64,000 nucleotides of DNA from an uncultured virus (IMG/VR IMGVR_UViG_3300023180_000037) (Duplodnaviria; Heunggongvirae; Uroviricota; Caudoviricetes): IMG/VR virus record IMGVR_UViG_3300023180_000037; one strand, 5' to 3'. The translations under genes were made by a program, and so were the position numbers. The stretch's first letter is position 1. Every line of letters begins with the position of its first letter. A model generated the notes under the pieces. It made no database searches and was not told where the DNA came from. It was given only the letters and a program-made list of their open reading frames with translations. Below, in pieces: positions 8,584-18,617 of this stretch.

Positions 8584-8774
8584 TAACCCTTTCCCATGAT
8601 AATCTTGTAAACCATTACAAGACTAACTTCGCCCTGATGCAGCATCACAATTATTCGTTGACTGAGTTAGAAAATATGTTACCGTGGGAAAGGGAGATCT
8701 ATATTACTCTCCTCACCGAGTACATTAAAGAAGAAAACGAGAAGGCAGAACAACGAAGACTGTCTAAAATGTGA
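8580..8774 (+). CDS. gp51: gp51-like baseplate hub assembly chaperone, probably the -1 frameshift extension of gp26
   Basis: The -1 frame reads LITLSHDNLVNHYKTNFALMQHHNYSLTELENMLPWEREIY... The first ATG (8637) is internal and has no SD. Not in the ORF track. Confidence 0.8.
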   Translation: MITLSHDNLVNHYKTNFALMQHHNYSLTELENMLPWEREIYITLLTEYIKEENEKAEQRRLSKM

Positions 8775-8782
8775 TATAAATA
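8775..8782 (+). promoter_or_regulatory. Late promoter
   Basis: TATAAATA upstream of ATG 8810. Confidence 0.75.
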
Positions 8783-8809
8783 AAGGAAACCTAACTCTAA
8801 GAATAACAA

Positions 8810-11644
8810 ATGGCAACCTTAGAAACCGTCGTAACAGAACTCAAAGAACTGAACGATTATTCAGACCTTCATCTCGATGCTCAGTTTGAGATATCTGACC
8901 GTGTAGGACAACTGTCGGAAAGAATGCAAGAACTGACCAGTGTCATGCTTACATTTATGAACACTGTCCCAGAAACACTTTCTAGAGGGTTCCAAGATCT
9001 TATTCAAACAGAAGAAAGCATCGCAGATAGGCAAAAGAAAGATGATGATACTCGAGAAAGGTTAAGGCAGCGCGATGAAAGCGGTGATGACGGAGAAAAG
9101 AAACCAGGAAAGATAAAGGGTGCGTTCTTAAAAGGATTCGAAGACGGAATGAACCCAGAAAAACTTGGGTTGTTCACAGCAGTCGAAGATTTCGTATCAA
9201 CCGTTGGAGAGTGGGCAGGTAAAATTGCTCTCGCTTGGTCTTTGTTTGCTGCTAAATTCCCCACACTTGCTGGTGGTATAACAAAAGCATTGACTGGCGC
9301 AGGTAAGTTGATATCGGGTGCGGGCAAGTTCTTGTTAAATGGCATCAAATTATTGGGAAAGGGACTGTTCTCGTTCCTGATGAGGATAGGCACAACTCTT
9401 ATTCAAACCGTATTACCTGCGATTGGTTCTGCCTTGACCGCCACTCTAGGATTTATTAGTGCTACGGTCATGCCTATGATCACCGGACTCTTTACCGGAC
9501 TCATGACCATGCTTTCCCCTATAATCGCTGCTCTCGCACCGATATTGCTACCGATTGCTGCTATCGCTGCTGCTGTCACTGCTCTAGTTTCTGGTATTAT
9601 GAGTTTCATTGAAGGATTCCAGAGTCAAGAAGGCACGTTGCTTGATAAAATATTTGGCGGCGTAGCAGGTTTTATAAAAGGAATTATGAAGATTCTCACA
9701 ATCCCGCTGGACTGGATAAAAGATCTGATATCAGGAATATTAGGTTTCTTTGGTTTCGATGGTGCCGCTGAAATACTAGATTCGTTCTCTATTACCGATA
9801 TATTTGGAAGTATGGTCGACGCAGTGAAAGATTTTGTAATCGGAATAAAGGATATGATCGTCGACGGTATACTTGGGTTTGCATCAAAACTCAACCCACT
9901 AAATTGGTTTGGCGGTGACGACGAAGAAGAGGAAGAAAGCACAAAGCGTGGCATGGAAATACCTTCTGATACTGACGATACTGACTTTAGCGAAGAAGGA
10001 AAGGAACGACTCGACGACTTTACTGGGAAGCAGGAAACTAGTAAGACTGCTAAAAAAGTTGGTGGAGTGGTTGTTGAGGAAGATGGTGTTGCGCGAACGG
10101 ATTTTTCAGAAGAAGAACTCAAGCAAATAAACGCAGCGAGAACTGCATCCATTGCAATGGGAGGACCAGATCTTTTCCCACAGGCAGAAGGAGCAGAACC
10201 ATCTGCTCAAGCATCTGAACCAACTAAAGTGCCCGAGAAACGTGGTCGAGTTATAGGTGAAGCACCTCCCGTACCAACCAAAGTTAGTAAAGAAACTGGT
10301 AAACGTGGTCGAGTTATAGGAGAAGCACCTCCTGCGCCCACTAAAATTAATACAGCGACAGGTAAGCGTGGTGGTATTATAGGGACGCCACAAGCTGGAT
10401 TATTTATGGGCGCATCGGGTAGTGATTTAGACGATGGTGAATACGATAATATCCAACCTGTAATTGATACTGACATCCAACCTCAAATAGAAGATCTTAA
10501 AACTTCTCCATTCGATGGGTTACTAGATCCACTGATCGAAGGATTCAATGACATCAAAGAGTGGGTCGGCGGTTTGTTTGACTTTGGAAAAATTAAAAAG
10601 TTAATCAAAGGTTTGTTTGAAGGATTCGGCATACCTCGCATAGAGTTTGACGTACCTCTGGTCGGCAAAGTTGGGTTTGGTCCATTCTATCCATTCGCTC
10701 CGGAAAGTTCAGCTGATGTGGCAGGAGGTGTGCGTACCTCAAGCGATACCGAGTTTATTGTTAATTCTGGTTCTGAGTACGAACAAGATGGCGATTCACA
10801 ACGGATGTCGGGTCACACGAGTTCGATTCGACAAGATAAAGTAGTCGCTATAGCGAACAGTTCGGAGCGCGAGTACAAAACTAACGAGTTCGGCGAGAAA
10901 GAAATCGTAGAGAAGACTAGTTCGTTAACCGCCAGATTTGACGACGACACTGCTAAAGGAAATGTCTATATTGACACTGGTACAACTATAGACAACCTAG
11001 TCACTGACGAGTTTAAACAATTAGAAGATACCTACGAAAAATTTGATGTTGGTCCTAAAGTATTTGAACAAGTTCGTCAAATGGTTGATTCGGGTGCCTC
11101 ACCAGAACAAGTTAAAGAGTTCTTGCAAGATCAAGAGAAGTTTGCAACTAAGGTCAAGAACTTCTTCTCTTCAATGAACTTCACGTTTGAACCAAAAGAA
11201 CCAGAGGAAACTCCGGAAGCGATGAACGGAGATGCTTTCTCTCCTGATATAGCAGAGGCAGCGCAACAGTTTAGTTATCCAGTAACTGATCCAGAGACGG
11301 GCGAACTGTTAGGAACTGCTAGCACCCCAGAAGAGGCAGCACAAATCGCCATGGAAACTGGTGGTAAGATCGAAAACGCAGTCAGCATTACGCCAAAATC
11401 TCCAGAGTTAGTTGGCGGTAATCAAGAATCTGCGCAGAGATCTAACGTCCTCGATATGGAACAGAAAAAAGCAGAAATGAATAAAGAACAAGAATCTGCT
11501 ACGGCAGCTGGCAACGCTGTATTTGCCCCTACGCAAAACTCAAACGTAAGCAACAGTACAACTATAAACTCTGGTCCAATGACTTCTCCAATGGATAAGA
11601 GCGATCGAACTGCTCGCGGGGCATATAGAGGAAGGAAACTCTAA
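8810..11644 (+). CDS. Tape-measure / tail-length determinator (gp29-like)
   Basis: Helical N-terminus, long Ala/Gly/Ile/Leu hydrophobic stretch, NAVFAPTQNSNVSNSTT-type C-terminus; follows gp26/51. Confidence 0.7.
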   Translation: MATLETVVTELKELNDYSDLHLDAQFEISDRVGQLSERMQELTSVMLTFMNTVPETLSRGFQDLIQTEESIADRQKKDDDTRERLRQRDESGDDGEKKPGKIKGAFLKGFEDGMNPEKLGLFTAVEDFVSTVGEWAGKIALAWSLFAAKFPTLAGGITKALTGAGKLISGAGKFLLNGIKLLGKGLFSFLMRIGTTLIQTVLPAIGSALTATLGFISATVMPMITGLFTGLMTMLSPIIAALAPILLPIAAIAAAVTALVSGIMSFIEGFQSQEGTLLDKIFGGVAGFIKGIMKILTIPLDWIKDLISGILGFFGFDGAAEILDSFSITDIFGSMVDAVKDFVIGIKDMIVDGILGFASKLNPLNWFGGDDEEEEESTKRGMEIPSDTDDTDFSEEGKERLDDFTGKQETSKTAKKVGGVVVEEDGVARTDFSEEELKQINAARTASIAMGGPDLFPQAEGAEPSAQASEPTKVPEKRGRVIGEAPPVPTKVSKETGKRGRVIGEAPPAPTKINTATGKRGGIIGTPQAGLFMGASGSDLDDGEYDNIQPVIDTDIQPQIEDLKTSPFDGLLDPLIEGFNDIKEWVGGLFDFGKIKKLIKGLFEGFGIPRIEFDVPLVGKVGFGPFYPFAPESSADVAGGVRTSSDTEFIVNSGSEYEQDGDSQRMSGHTSSIRQDKVVAIANSSEREYKTNEFGEKEIVEKTSSLTARFDDDTAKGNVYIDTGTTIDNLVTDEFKQLEDTYEKFDVGPKVFEQVRQMVDSGASPEQVKEFLQDQEKFATKVKNFFSSMNFTFEPKEPEETPEAMNGDAFSPDIAEAAQQFSYPVTDPETGELLGTASTPEEAAQIAMETGGKIENAVSITPKSPELVGGNQESAQRSNVLDMEQKKAEMNKEQESATAAGNAVFAPTQNSNVSNSTTINSGPMTSPMDKSDRTARGAYRGRKL
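10238..10385 (+). repeat. 63-bp tandem repeat, about 2.4 units, inside the tape-measure gene
   Basis: AAACGTGGTCGAGTTATAGG at 10238 and 10301, degenerate third copy at 10364; encodes KRGRVIGEAPPxPTK. Confidence 0.85.
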
Positions 11645-12144
11645 CTTTTCTTTTTCTTGAACGGAGCGAGCGGTTTTAGTTTCTTCAGTTTTCCTGGAGT
11701 CTTGTTGAGGATTTTCATTTTCGTCAACTCATCTTCAGTCCATATCGCGAATTTGTAACCATTATCCTTCGCCACCTGCTCTGCTGCTTCCCACTTGTTG
11801 CGGTTTTTGATATATGCGAATGCTTCGTTGAGTGAGCGTTTGCTACGAGGGTTCTTAGACTTGGGCGGTTGAGTTTGCTTTTTAGGTTTGACCTCTACTA
11901 GCAATACGTTTCCGCTTTTGAACTTAATCCAGAAGTCAACGTGATATTTGTGCCACCTTTTGTCGACGTCGTAGTAGTATGGTATGATAAAATCTTCGCT
12001 GTTCCATTTGGCAACTTCGGAGTTATTGTCCAACCAAATCATAACTGATTTTTCCCAGTTAGACCTGTACACGACCTCCTCAAGATTCCCTTTGTACTTG
12101 CTGGGGTGTTTTACTGTGTACTTCCCCTTGTAAGTCCTCGGCAT
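11641..12144 (-). CDS. gp4: Head completion nuclease gp4
   Basis: YKGKY...KYKG...YRSNWE, WNSE, HKYHVDF, LVEVKP..QT.PP, N.NKWEAA, WTEDEL. Confidence 0.93.
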   Translation of the reverse strand: MPRTYKGKYTVKHPSKYKGNLEEVVYRSNWEKSVMIWLDNNSEVAKWNSEDFIIPYYYDVDKRWHKYHVDFWIKFKSGNVLLVEVKPKKQTQPPKSKNPRSKRSLNEAFAYIKNRNKWEAAEQVAKDNGYKFAIWTEDELTKMKILNKTPGKLKKLKPLAPFKKKKS

Positions 12145-12148
12145 TGTA

Positions 12149-12182
12149 TATAAATAACTGAAATAATAACAACCTTATTTAT
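12149..12182. promoter_or_regulatory. Crossing late promoters for gp48 (+) and gp4 (-)
   Basis: TATAAATA at 12149-12156 on plus; ATAAATA on minus at 12176-12182. Confidence 0.6.
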
Positions 12183-12198
12183 CAACGAGAGTGTTTTC

Positions 12199-12921
12199 AT
12201 GGCTAAATTTCCAGTAAAGGACGAGGGATATCCTTCTGAAATACGGTTCACCCTAGTTGACGAAACTGATGCGCCATTGTCCACAGTCGTCAACCTATAT
12301 TTCCCTGCTGGCGCTTTGTATGCTGATCGCGTTCAATATGAGAACGTAGAGACAGGCGCAGCAGGTATGATGGTAAATGGATTTGAAGGATCTGCCTTTG
12401 AACAACTTGCCGATGACGGACTCCTTGAGATGGTTGGTACTGAGACCATTAAAAAGTTTATGCCGAAAGTAGGTCAAGCAGTACAGGATAGAACTAAAGT
12501 TGCGCCAAACCCAAACACTCGTGCTTTGTTCAAACAGGTTAGTCTGCGTTCATTTCAGTTTAACTTTAAATTGATTCCTACCAATGCTGCTGAATCCCAA
12601 GCGATAAAAGACATAATCAAAATTTTTAGATTAGAAATGTATCCTGAAAGCATCGGTGGTGGAGAAGTAAAAGGAACATCCCTTGGTTATAAGTTCCCGA
12701 ATCGTTTCCAAATAGAAATGTATTACAACAATGAACTATCGCCTCTCGCGCCCAAGGTCGCTCCTTGCTATATCGAAGCATTTAGTGCAGCATATAATCC
12801 AACTGGACAAAGTTTGGTGCAAGAAAATGGGGGAGACGTAGCATTCTTAGAAACCGATATAAACATAACGCTGACCGAATCTAGAACACTGGATCGAGCA
12901 GCGATTGAGGAGGGGTTCTAA
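12199..12921 (+). CDS. gp48: Baseplate tail-tube cap gp48
   Basis: NPNTRALFKQVSLRSFQFNFKLIP...ESQAIKDIIKIFR..MYP motif. Confidence 0.85.
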   Translation: MAKFPVKDEGYPSEIRFTLVDETDAPLSTVVNLYFPAGALYADRVQYENVETGAAGMMVNGFEGSAFEQLADDGLLEMVGTETIKKFMPKVGQAVQDRTKVAPNPNTRALFKQVSLRSFQFNFKLIPTNAAESQAIKDIIKIFRLEMYPESIGGGEVKGTSLGYKFPNRFQIEMYYNNELSPLAPKVAPCYIEAFSAAYNPTGQSLVQENGGDVAFLETDINITLTESRTLDRAAIEEGF

Positions 12922-12922
12922 T

Positions 12923-13810
12923 ATGAGTAATTATTTTAGAAAATTCCCAGAAGTATTATACAAGTTCGGCAACAACGAAACATCCACAAAGTTTCAAAAC
13001 ATAAGTGTTTATATTGACATCCTAGATCAAATAAAAGAATATGTCTCGTTTTATCAGAACTATCAAATTCAAAACAGCGAAAGACCTGACCAAGTTTCTT
13101 TCAAACTTTATGGCACGTCAGATCATTACTGGACGTTCTGGTTGATGAATGATCACCTGAGAGAACAACATTGGCCAATCGCTAACTCTCAACTATACCG
13201 GAGAGCGCAAGAATACTATCCGAATTTATCAGTGCGCACGACTGGTACTGTGAGTTTGATACAACTAGGCGAAGATTCAGAACCAAACAAACCGTTGTCT
13301 CGATCTACTAGTTTCAAAGTTGGAGCATATGTATGGTTTGAACAAGACAAAAGAGCAGGTCAAATAGTACGAATAGATCAAGACTTGGCGTTACTTCATA
13401 TCGACTTTAAAGGCACTCCGTTTCCAACGATTACTGATGGTGTGTTGCCAGGAATTAATACAGGCAGTCTTGTCACTATTGACGAAGCTTCTGCGAAATA
13501 CATCATAGCAGGAAATTATAATTTCACGCCAACAACTCAGTATGAAAGAACGACTAATGTTCAAACTTATCGCCAGTACGATGCCCCGCATCATTACGAA
13601 GATGCTGATGGTAATTGGGTGCAACCAAGTTATTCAGACGATGCACCTTATCCTTTTATATGGTCTAGTGTAGATACCAGAAAATCTGTATCATATTTCG
13701 AAAGATTGAGGGAAACCAACGACGAGTTGCGTTCGATAAAAGTTATTAAACCTGATGTTATAAGTCAAGTTCTGACTGAATGGAATGCCTTGTTGACTGC
13801 GAGATCATAA
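12923..13810 (+). CDS. gp53: Baseplate wedge subunit gp53
   Basis: YFRKFP, ERPDQVSFKLYG..HYWTFWLMN, HHYE, NDELRSIKVIKP. Confidence 0.88.
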   Translation: MSNYFRKFPEVLYKFGNNETSTKFQNISVYIDILDQIKEYVSFYQNYQIQNSERPDQVSFKLYGTSDHYWTFWLMNDHLREQHWPIANSQLYRRAQEYYPNLSVRTTGTVSLIQLGEDSEPNKPLSRSTSFKVGAYVWFEQDKRAGQIVRIDQDLALLHIDFKGTPFPTITDGVLPGINTGSLVTIDEASAKYIIAGNYNFTPTTQYERTTNVQTYRQYDAPHHYEDADGNWVQPSYSDDAPYPFIWSSVDTRKSVSYFERLRETNDELRSIKVIKPDVISQVLTEWNALLTARS

Positions 13811-13811
13811 C

Positions 13812-15191
13812 ATGGTACAGAATGTACAACAAGAATATGTCATTACGAAAGCAGTAATCAGCGCAGACAGACTGAGCGATGACTATGACGTAAAACAAAT
13901 GATCGCCGAAATAGATTTTTTCGAAGATCTAGAAAAACCTTATATTACTGGACAAATATTGGTATTTGACGATCTTGGTGTGTTTGACGAAATAAAGTTG
14001 AAAGGCACTGAGCAAATAGACTTGAGTATTCAGATTCCGGAAATACCTCAAGCAAAGGTAGATATAAAGTTTAACATCGTATCTATTGTTCAAGTCAGGA
14101 AACTGAGTGAGCGTAGTGAAATGTACCATTTAAACCTGATTGCGCCTCATGCATACAAAGATCAGTTTATAAAAATCTCTCGTTCTTACACTGGTAAATT
14201 AGAAGATATATCTGAGTCTATACTAAAGAACCACTTAGAAGTGCGAACTGATAGAAACTATATGGATGGGCAAAAAAGTAAGCAGTCACCTGTAAGAATT
14301 ATTACGCCATACATTAGTCCTTTAGAAGCAGTTGAATGGTTAATGGACAGAGCAACAACTAAAATTGGCGCACCTTTTTATGCATATCAAACGATTTATG
14401 ATCAACAATTAAATGGCGGCAAAGATGTTATTCGTTTTGGTAATTTAGAGGATATGTACAAAAAAGAAATCTGGAACGAAGAACTTCCTGTCCTATATTC
14501 TCAGGCGAGAGGACAATCTGCTGGTGGTGCAGACATTTCGAAGCAGGCATTTATCGTAAAGAAAATCTCATTTGAGAACTTACAAGACACCTTGAAACTA
14601 GCAGCAGAAAGTTCTGCTGGTGCTATGATGAGTTCTTATGATGTGTTTAGCAGTCAAAGATATTCTAGGCATTTTGGTGTAACCGATCTTATAGAGAAGA
14701 TGGACACTGAAGGTGGTATGATGAAGGGAGGCAAACAAAATGTTTTTGATGACGAACAGAAACTTACTATCGACAACGAGACTAAAACACTCGATGAGTT
14801 TGATGCCCGTTATATAAACCTCGTAACTTCTTATGGAACCTACGGATACAGGAATAGTTATCACGATGTGTTCGATCAGTCAGAAGCACTCAACAAATTA
14901 AGGCATTATGCTGTAAAGAGTCTGTTCAATAAAAACATGATTGACTTAATATTGCCAGGAATCTCGTTTTGGTCACAACTTGAAAACGGCGCATCTGGCG
15001 TTACTGTCGGCGACTTAATAAAAATTAATTTTAAAAACACCAACGTTGAAACTGCTGGCGACGAAGAATTTAATAAAGATTTATCTGGTACTTATCTAAT
15101 ACATAAGTGTAGAAATATTTTTCAGTCAACCACCCACGAGGTCGCTGTATCTGTAACTAAAGTTGCAGACCTTGATGGAGGCACTGCGTAA
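13812..15191 (+). CDS. Baseplate hub protein (gp27-like)
   Basis: FEDLEKPYITG.I..D...LKGTE N-terminus, VGDLI and LSGTYLIHK C-terminus; between gp53 and gp5. Confidence 0.6.
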   Translation: MVQNVQQEYVITKAVISADRLSDDYDVKQMIAEIDFFEDLEKPYITGQILVFDDLGVFDEIKLKGTEQIDLSIQIPEIPQAKVDIKFNIVSIVQVRKLSERSEMYHLNLIAPHAYKDQFIKISRSYTGKLEDISESILKNHLEVRTDRNYMDGQKSKQSPVRIITPYISPLEAVEWLMDRATTKIGAPFYAYQTIYDQQLNGGKDVIRFGNLEDMYKKEIWNEELPVLYSQARGQSAGGADISKQAFIVKKISFENLQDTLKLAAESSAGAMMSSYDVFSSQRYSRHFGVTDLIEKMDTEGGMMKGGKQNVFDDEQKLTIDNETKTLDEFDARYINLVTSYGTYGYRNSYHDVFDQSEALNKLRHYAVKSLFNKNMIDLILPGISFWSQLENGASGVTVGDLIKINFKNTNVETAGDEEFNKDLSGTYLIHKCRNIFQSTTHEVAVSVTKVADLDGGTA

Positions 15192-16093
15192 TGAAGACTT
15201 GGGAAAACGAATATTACGGAGATAATGTACGTTGGTTTGTTGCTAACGTAATTGATAATACTCCTCCCTACGGATTAGAGGGACGAGTAAAGATTCGCAT
15301 ACATGGTATCCACACTGACGTTGCTGACGAGTCTGGTATCCCTCAGCGCGATCTTCCTTGGGCGCAAGTTATGAATCCTGGTGATACATATGGCGTGTCT
15401 GGATTAGGAACTAGCACCATGATACTTCCTGGTGCACTAGTTTTCGGATTTTTCTTAGACGGTGCTACTTCTCAGTTGCCACTGGTTTTGGGTTCGCTTC
15501 CTCGTATCGAGTTTCCGACTACGGTACAAGCATCTAATCGTGAAGATATGGCAACCAATCCATTCACGTATTCGTTTCAACAATCTAATGCGGACGCTAT
15601 TGACCCAGAGGTGCAAAATTCTGGTCCAGCGTCAGCAGGAGATGTTGCTAGATACTTTATAGATAATGGGTTTAACGCAAAACAAGCATCTTCTATTACA
15701 GGTGTTTTGCAAGAGGTCAGCGGATTAGATCCTACGCAAACTGGGAACGGTATAGGTATCGCTGGATGGCAACCTAACAGTCCTCGGTATCATAGATTTT
15801 TTGCTTATATAAGTCGATTAGCACCAACTAGAGACGATAAAGATTTTGAGGGGCAGTTACTATATGTTCTTCACGAACTAAAAACTGCTCGTTCGATGGC
15901 CATGTCCAAAGTCTTGCGCGCACGCGAGATAGAAGGCAACTTGTATGGAGAGAAAGTTGACGGTATTGAAGAAAAAGGTAACGGACAGGTCGCGCAACTA
16001 GTTAAATATTATGTTGACCCTAGGACTGCTTGTAGCGTTGGTGGTGCTATAGGCAAAGCGAAAGGAATTTACGGAGGACTTGGAGCGAGATAA
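15191..16093 (+). CDS. gp5: gp5 N-terminal OB-fold fused to a phage tail lysozyme-like domain
   Basis: WFVANV..GRVKIRIHGIH..DLPWAQV..VFGFFLDG..QLPLVLGS; then GFNAKQASSITGVLQEVSGLDP..GIGIAGW..QLLYVLHEL. Confidence 0.8.
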   Translation: MKTWENEYYGDNVRWFVANVIDNTPPYGLEGRVKIRIHGIHTDVADESGIPQRDLPWAQVMNPGDTYGVSGLGTSTMILPGALVFGFFLDGATSQLPLVLGSLPRIEFPTTVQASNREDMATNPFTYSFQQSNADAIDPEVQNSGPASAGDVARYFIDNGFNAKQASSITGVLQEVSGLDPTQTGNGIGIAGWQPNSPRYHRFFAYISRLAPTRDDKDFEGQLLYVLHELKTARSMAMSKVLRAREIEGNLYGEKVDGIEEKGNGQVAQLVKYYVDPRTACSVGGAIGKAKGIYGGLGAR

Positions 16094-17118
16094 TGCCAAC
16101 TATAAACCTCAGCGAAATTAATCAGTATATCAAAAACTTTTTGGATCGTATTGGGTTACGAGAACTTGAAGCAATCCATGCTGAGAGAATTAAACAGTGG
16201 TTGATCGAGAACTTATCTAATATCGGAAGATACGGTGTCCGTGACTTCGAGCGATTCGGTTCCCTAAATTCTCACGGTTCATCTAAAAATGATGGTCGCC
16301 TAGTACACAAAGATCGTGCAGATGGTTGGGTATCGCTCACGGAAGAAGTTCCTGACATAGACCATCTTACCTACGGCACTGGTATGCTGTATATTCACGG
16401 TGAAATGGAAATGCCGTTGTGGTGGGAAGCGCAAGGTGGCCAAGCAGGCGACCATATGTATGAGGACGAGTTTCACCACGTCAATGAAACAGGTAAAGAA
16501 AAGTTCTTGTACGAGAGAGTCATTGGTGAAACCTATACTTTTTGGTATGAACCTGAAACTGGTGCTGATGGAACTGGCGCACCAGGAAGAACACCGCCAC
16601 CGACGCCATATGGACAAGCACCTGAATGGGGCGAACCTTCTACCGAATCTTGGAAGTATGGGTATCTTTGGAAAGATGCACCAGTTGTTCCTCCGATGAT
16701 TGTCAACGGCACGTATAAACCTGTAGATGGTATTACTGCAGTGTTCAGCGACATCGTTGCATGGTATTATGATACAGTTACGCACTCTATCGGTGGCATG
16801 CAAGTTCGCGAGTTACAGGAAGATGATGCCAGAGTTGATGGATTCCCAGGAATACCAAACGACCCTGACATTTATCACCTAGATAATGAGCGAAACCATT
16901 ATCCTTGGCGTATTGTAAACAGCGCAACGCCAAAGAGTATTAAATTTATGTTAGACGAAGTTCTGGTTGAGGGGACCAACGGTATGTACGACGATACCTT
17001 GCCTGCTATGGCAACTGAGATTGGTAATTATCCGCCAATCAAAGGTTTGACATATGTTAAAGACGGTAAAGAAGGTATCTTGAACTTCATATCTCCTGTT
17101 GATGAGGTTCCTGAATAA
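16093..17118 (+). CDS. Hypothetical baseplate-cluster protein (341 aa)
   Basis: TAATG-coupled on both sides within the split gp5 locus. Confidence 0.7.
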   Translation: MPTINLSEINQYIKNFLDRIGLRELEAIHAERIKQWLIENLSNIGRYGVRDFERFGSLNSHGSSKNDGRLVHKDRADGWVSLTEEVPDIDHLTYGTGMLYIHGEMEMPLWWEAQGGQAGDHMYEDEFHHVNETGKEKFLYERVIGETYTFWYEPETGADGTGAPGRTPPPTPYGQAPEWGEPSTESWKYGYLWKDAPVVPPMIVNGTYKPVDGITAVFSDIVAWYYDTVTHSIGGMQVRELQEDDARVDGFPGIPNDPDIYHLDNERNHYPWRIVNSATPKSIKFMLDEVLVEGTNGMYDDTLPAMATEIGNYPPIKGLTYVKDGKEGILNFISPVDEVPE

Positions 17119-18617
17119 TGGCAATCGCTAACGTATCTTCTTTGAATACACTTATTGCACAAGGTTTGACGAGATCGAACGGAACCGATGCTGCATTACA
17201 AGCAATGACTGGTGGTAATCTACCACAAGAAGCAGTTACTCAAATAAACAATTTGATAAACAATTTCATCGGAAATAATCCTGGTGTTTCTTTAACGAAC
17301 AGATCAAATATCCCTACCGATCTTTATGATCAAGTTGCGGATGTTATGGTCGGGTCTACACCAGGAATGAGCAAGCAAGTATTGTCGACTGTATTACAAA
17401 GCAACAACATTTTAGGAAAACTTGGCGGTGCGCCTCAAGTCAATGTCGAAAATCAACTTGCAGGAATAAAAGCATTATACGATAAAAAATTAAACTCTGT
17501 TCTGAACAAAGTAGACGATTCTATATTTTCAGCAGGTTTACCAGGATTCGTGCAAAACGCTGCACTAAACCAAATAAACGATACGAAAAATATTATTAAT
17601 GATGCTCTTGGGTCTAATGCTATAGTAGATGCGTTAGGAAACCCTGCTAGTATAAGCGATGCTGCTGCGGTTACTATTAATCAAATAACAAGCAATCAAA
17701 GTCTGGTTTCTGCTAATAATATTTTAGGACCGCAATCTACTGTAGCAGCGGAGAGTATAGTCGATGCTGTTTCTGATGCTGCAGGAATTATTGACACTTC
17801 AGAGGTATCAGATACCACCACAAACGACCTAGTTGCTGCCACGATACAAGGTGAGAATGGAGGAGATCTCGCTCCGCTTAAAAGTATCGCTGAGCAAACA
17901 AAAGGCACAATTCAAAGTTTAACTGAGGAAGAAGATTTTGAGTTGATAGGGTATCGAGGACCGGAATCGTATAAGATCGGTGAAGAAAATATACAACCAG
18001 GAGGTCAGTTTATTTCTTCGGTTGAAGAATTAGAAGCAGAGATGGCAAGTATGACAAGAGATATCTCTGAAATTATTGTTCACTGGTCAGAAACTTTTAC
18101 AAATGCGAACCTTTCTGCGTCAGAACTAACTACTCTAACAGGTGCTGGTGATAACGCATATCACCTAATAATTCAACGCAATGGCGCAGTAGAACGTGGC
18201 GTCCCCTTGAATAGTGCTGGCAGTCACTGTCCAACCAATGGACATAATGCATATTCTATTGGCGTGTGTCTAGTGGGCGGCGTCAACGTTCCCACAGATA
18301 CTAGAGCGATAGAAATGGAAATCTCCCCGAGGAGTATTACGCAATCACAGTATAATAGTTTATATCAAATATTCCGAACGTTCTTTGATCAATATCCTGG
18401 TGGTCAAGCATTAGGGCATATGGACGTAGATATATCTCAAGACGACCCAGGATTTGATGTACGAGACTATGTGTACAATAATTTCAACAAGCAATCATTA
18501 TACCTAGACCCACCGAACGACCCTGCATTGTCTCCTCAGGATATCCTGAAGGCACTTGAGGGGTCGGGACCAGATGTATTAACTAAGGATCCTGATATGC
18601 TGGAGAAAAATTTCTAA
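17118..18617 (+). CDS. Virion-associated N-acetylmuramoyl-L-alanine amidase (Amidase_2) with long N-terminal extension
   Basis: IIVHWSET, AYHLIIQRNG.VERG, NAYSIGVCLVGG, GHMD...DPGFDV. Confidence 0.8.
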   Translation: MAIANVSSLNTLIAQGLTRSNGTDAALQAMTGGNLPQEAVTQINNLINNFIGNNPGVSLTNRSNIPTDLYDQVADVMVGSTPGMSKQVLSTVLQSNNILGKLGGAPQVNVENQLAGIKALYDKKLNSVLNKVDDSIFSAGLPGFVQNAALNQINDTKNIINDALGSNAIVDALGNPASISDAAAVTINQITSNQSLVSANNILGPQSTVAAESIVDAVSDAAGIIDTSEVSDTTTNDLVAATIQGENGGDLAPLKSIAEQTKGTIQSLTEEEDFELIGYRGPESYKIGEENIQPGGQFISSVEELEAEMASMTRDISEIIVHWSETFTNANLSASELTTLTGAGDNAYHLIIQRNGAVERGVPLNSAGSHCPTNGHNAYSIGVCLVGGVNVPTDTRAIEMEISPRSITQSQYNSLYQIFRTFFDQYPGGQALGHMDVDISQDDPGFDVRDYVYNNFNKQSLYLDPPNDPALSPQDILKALEGSGPDVLTKDPDMLEKNF

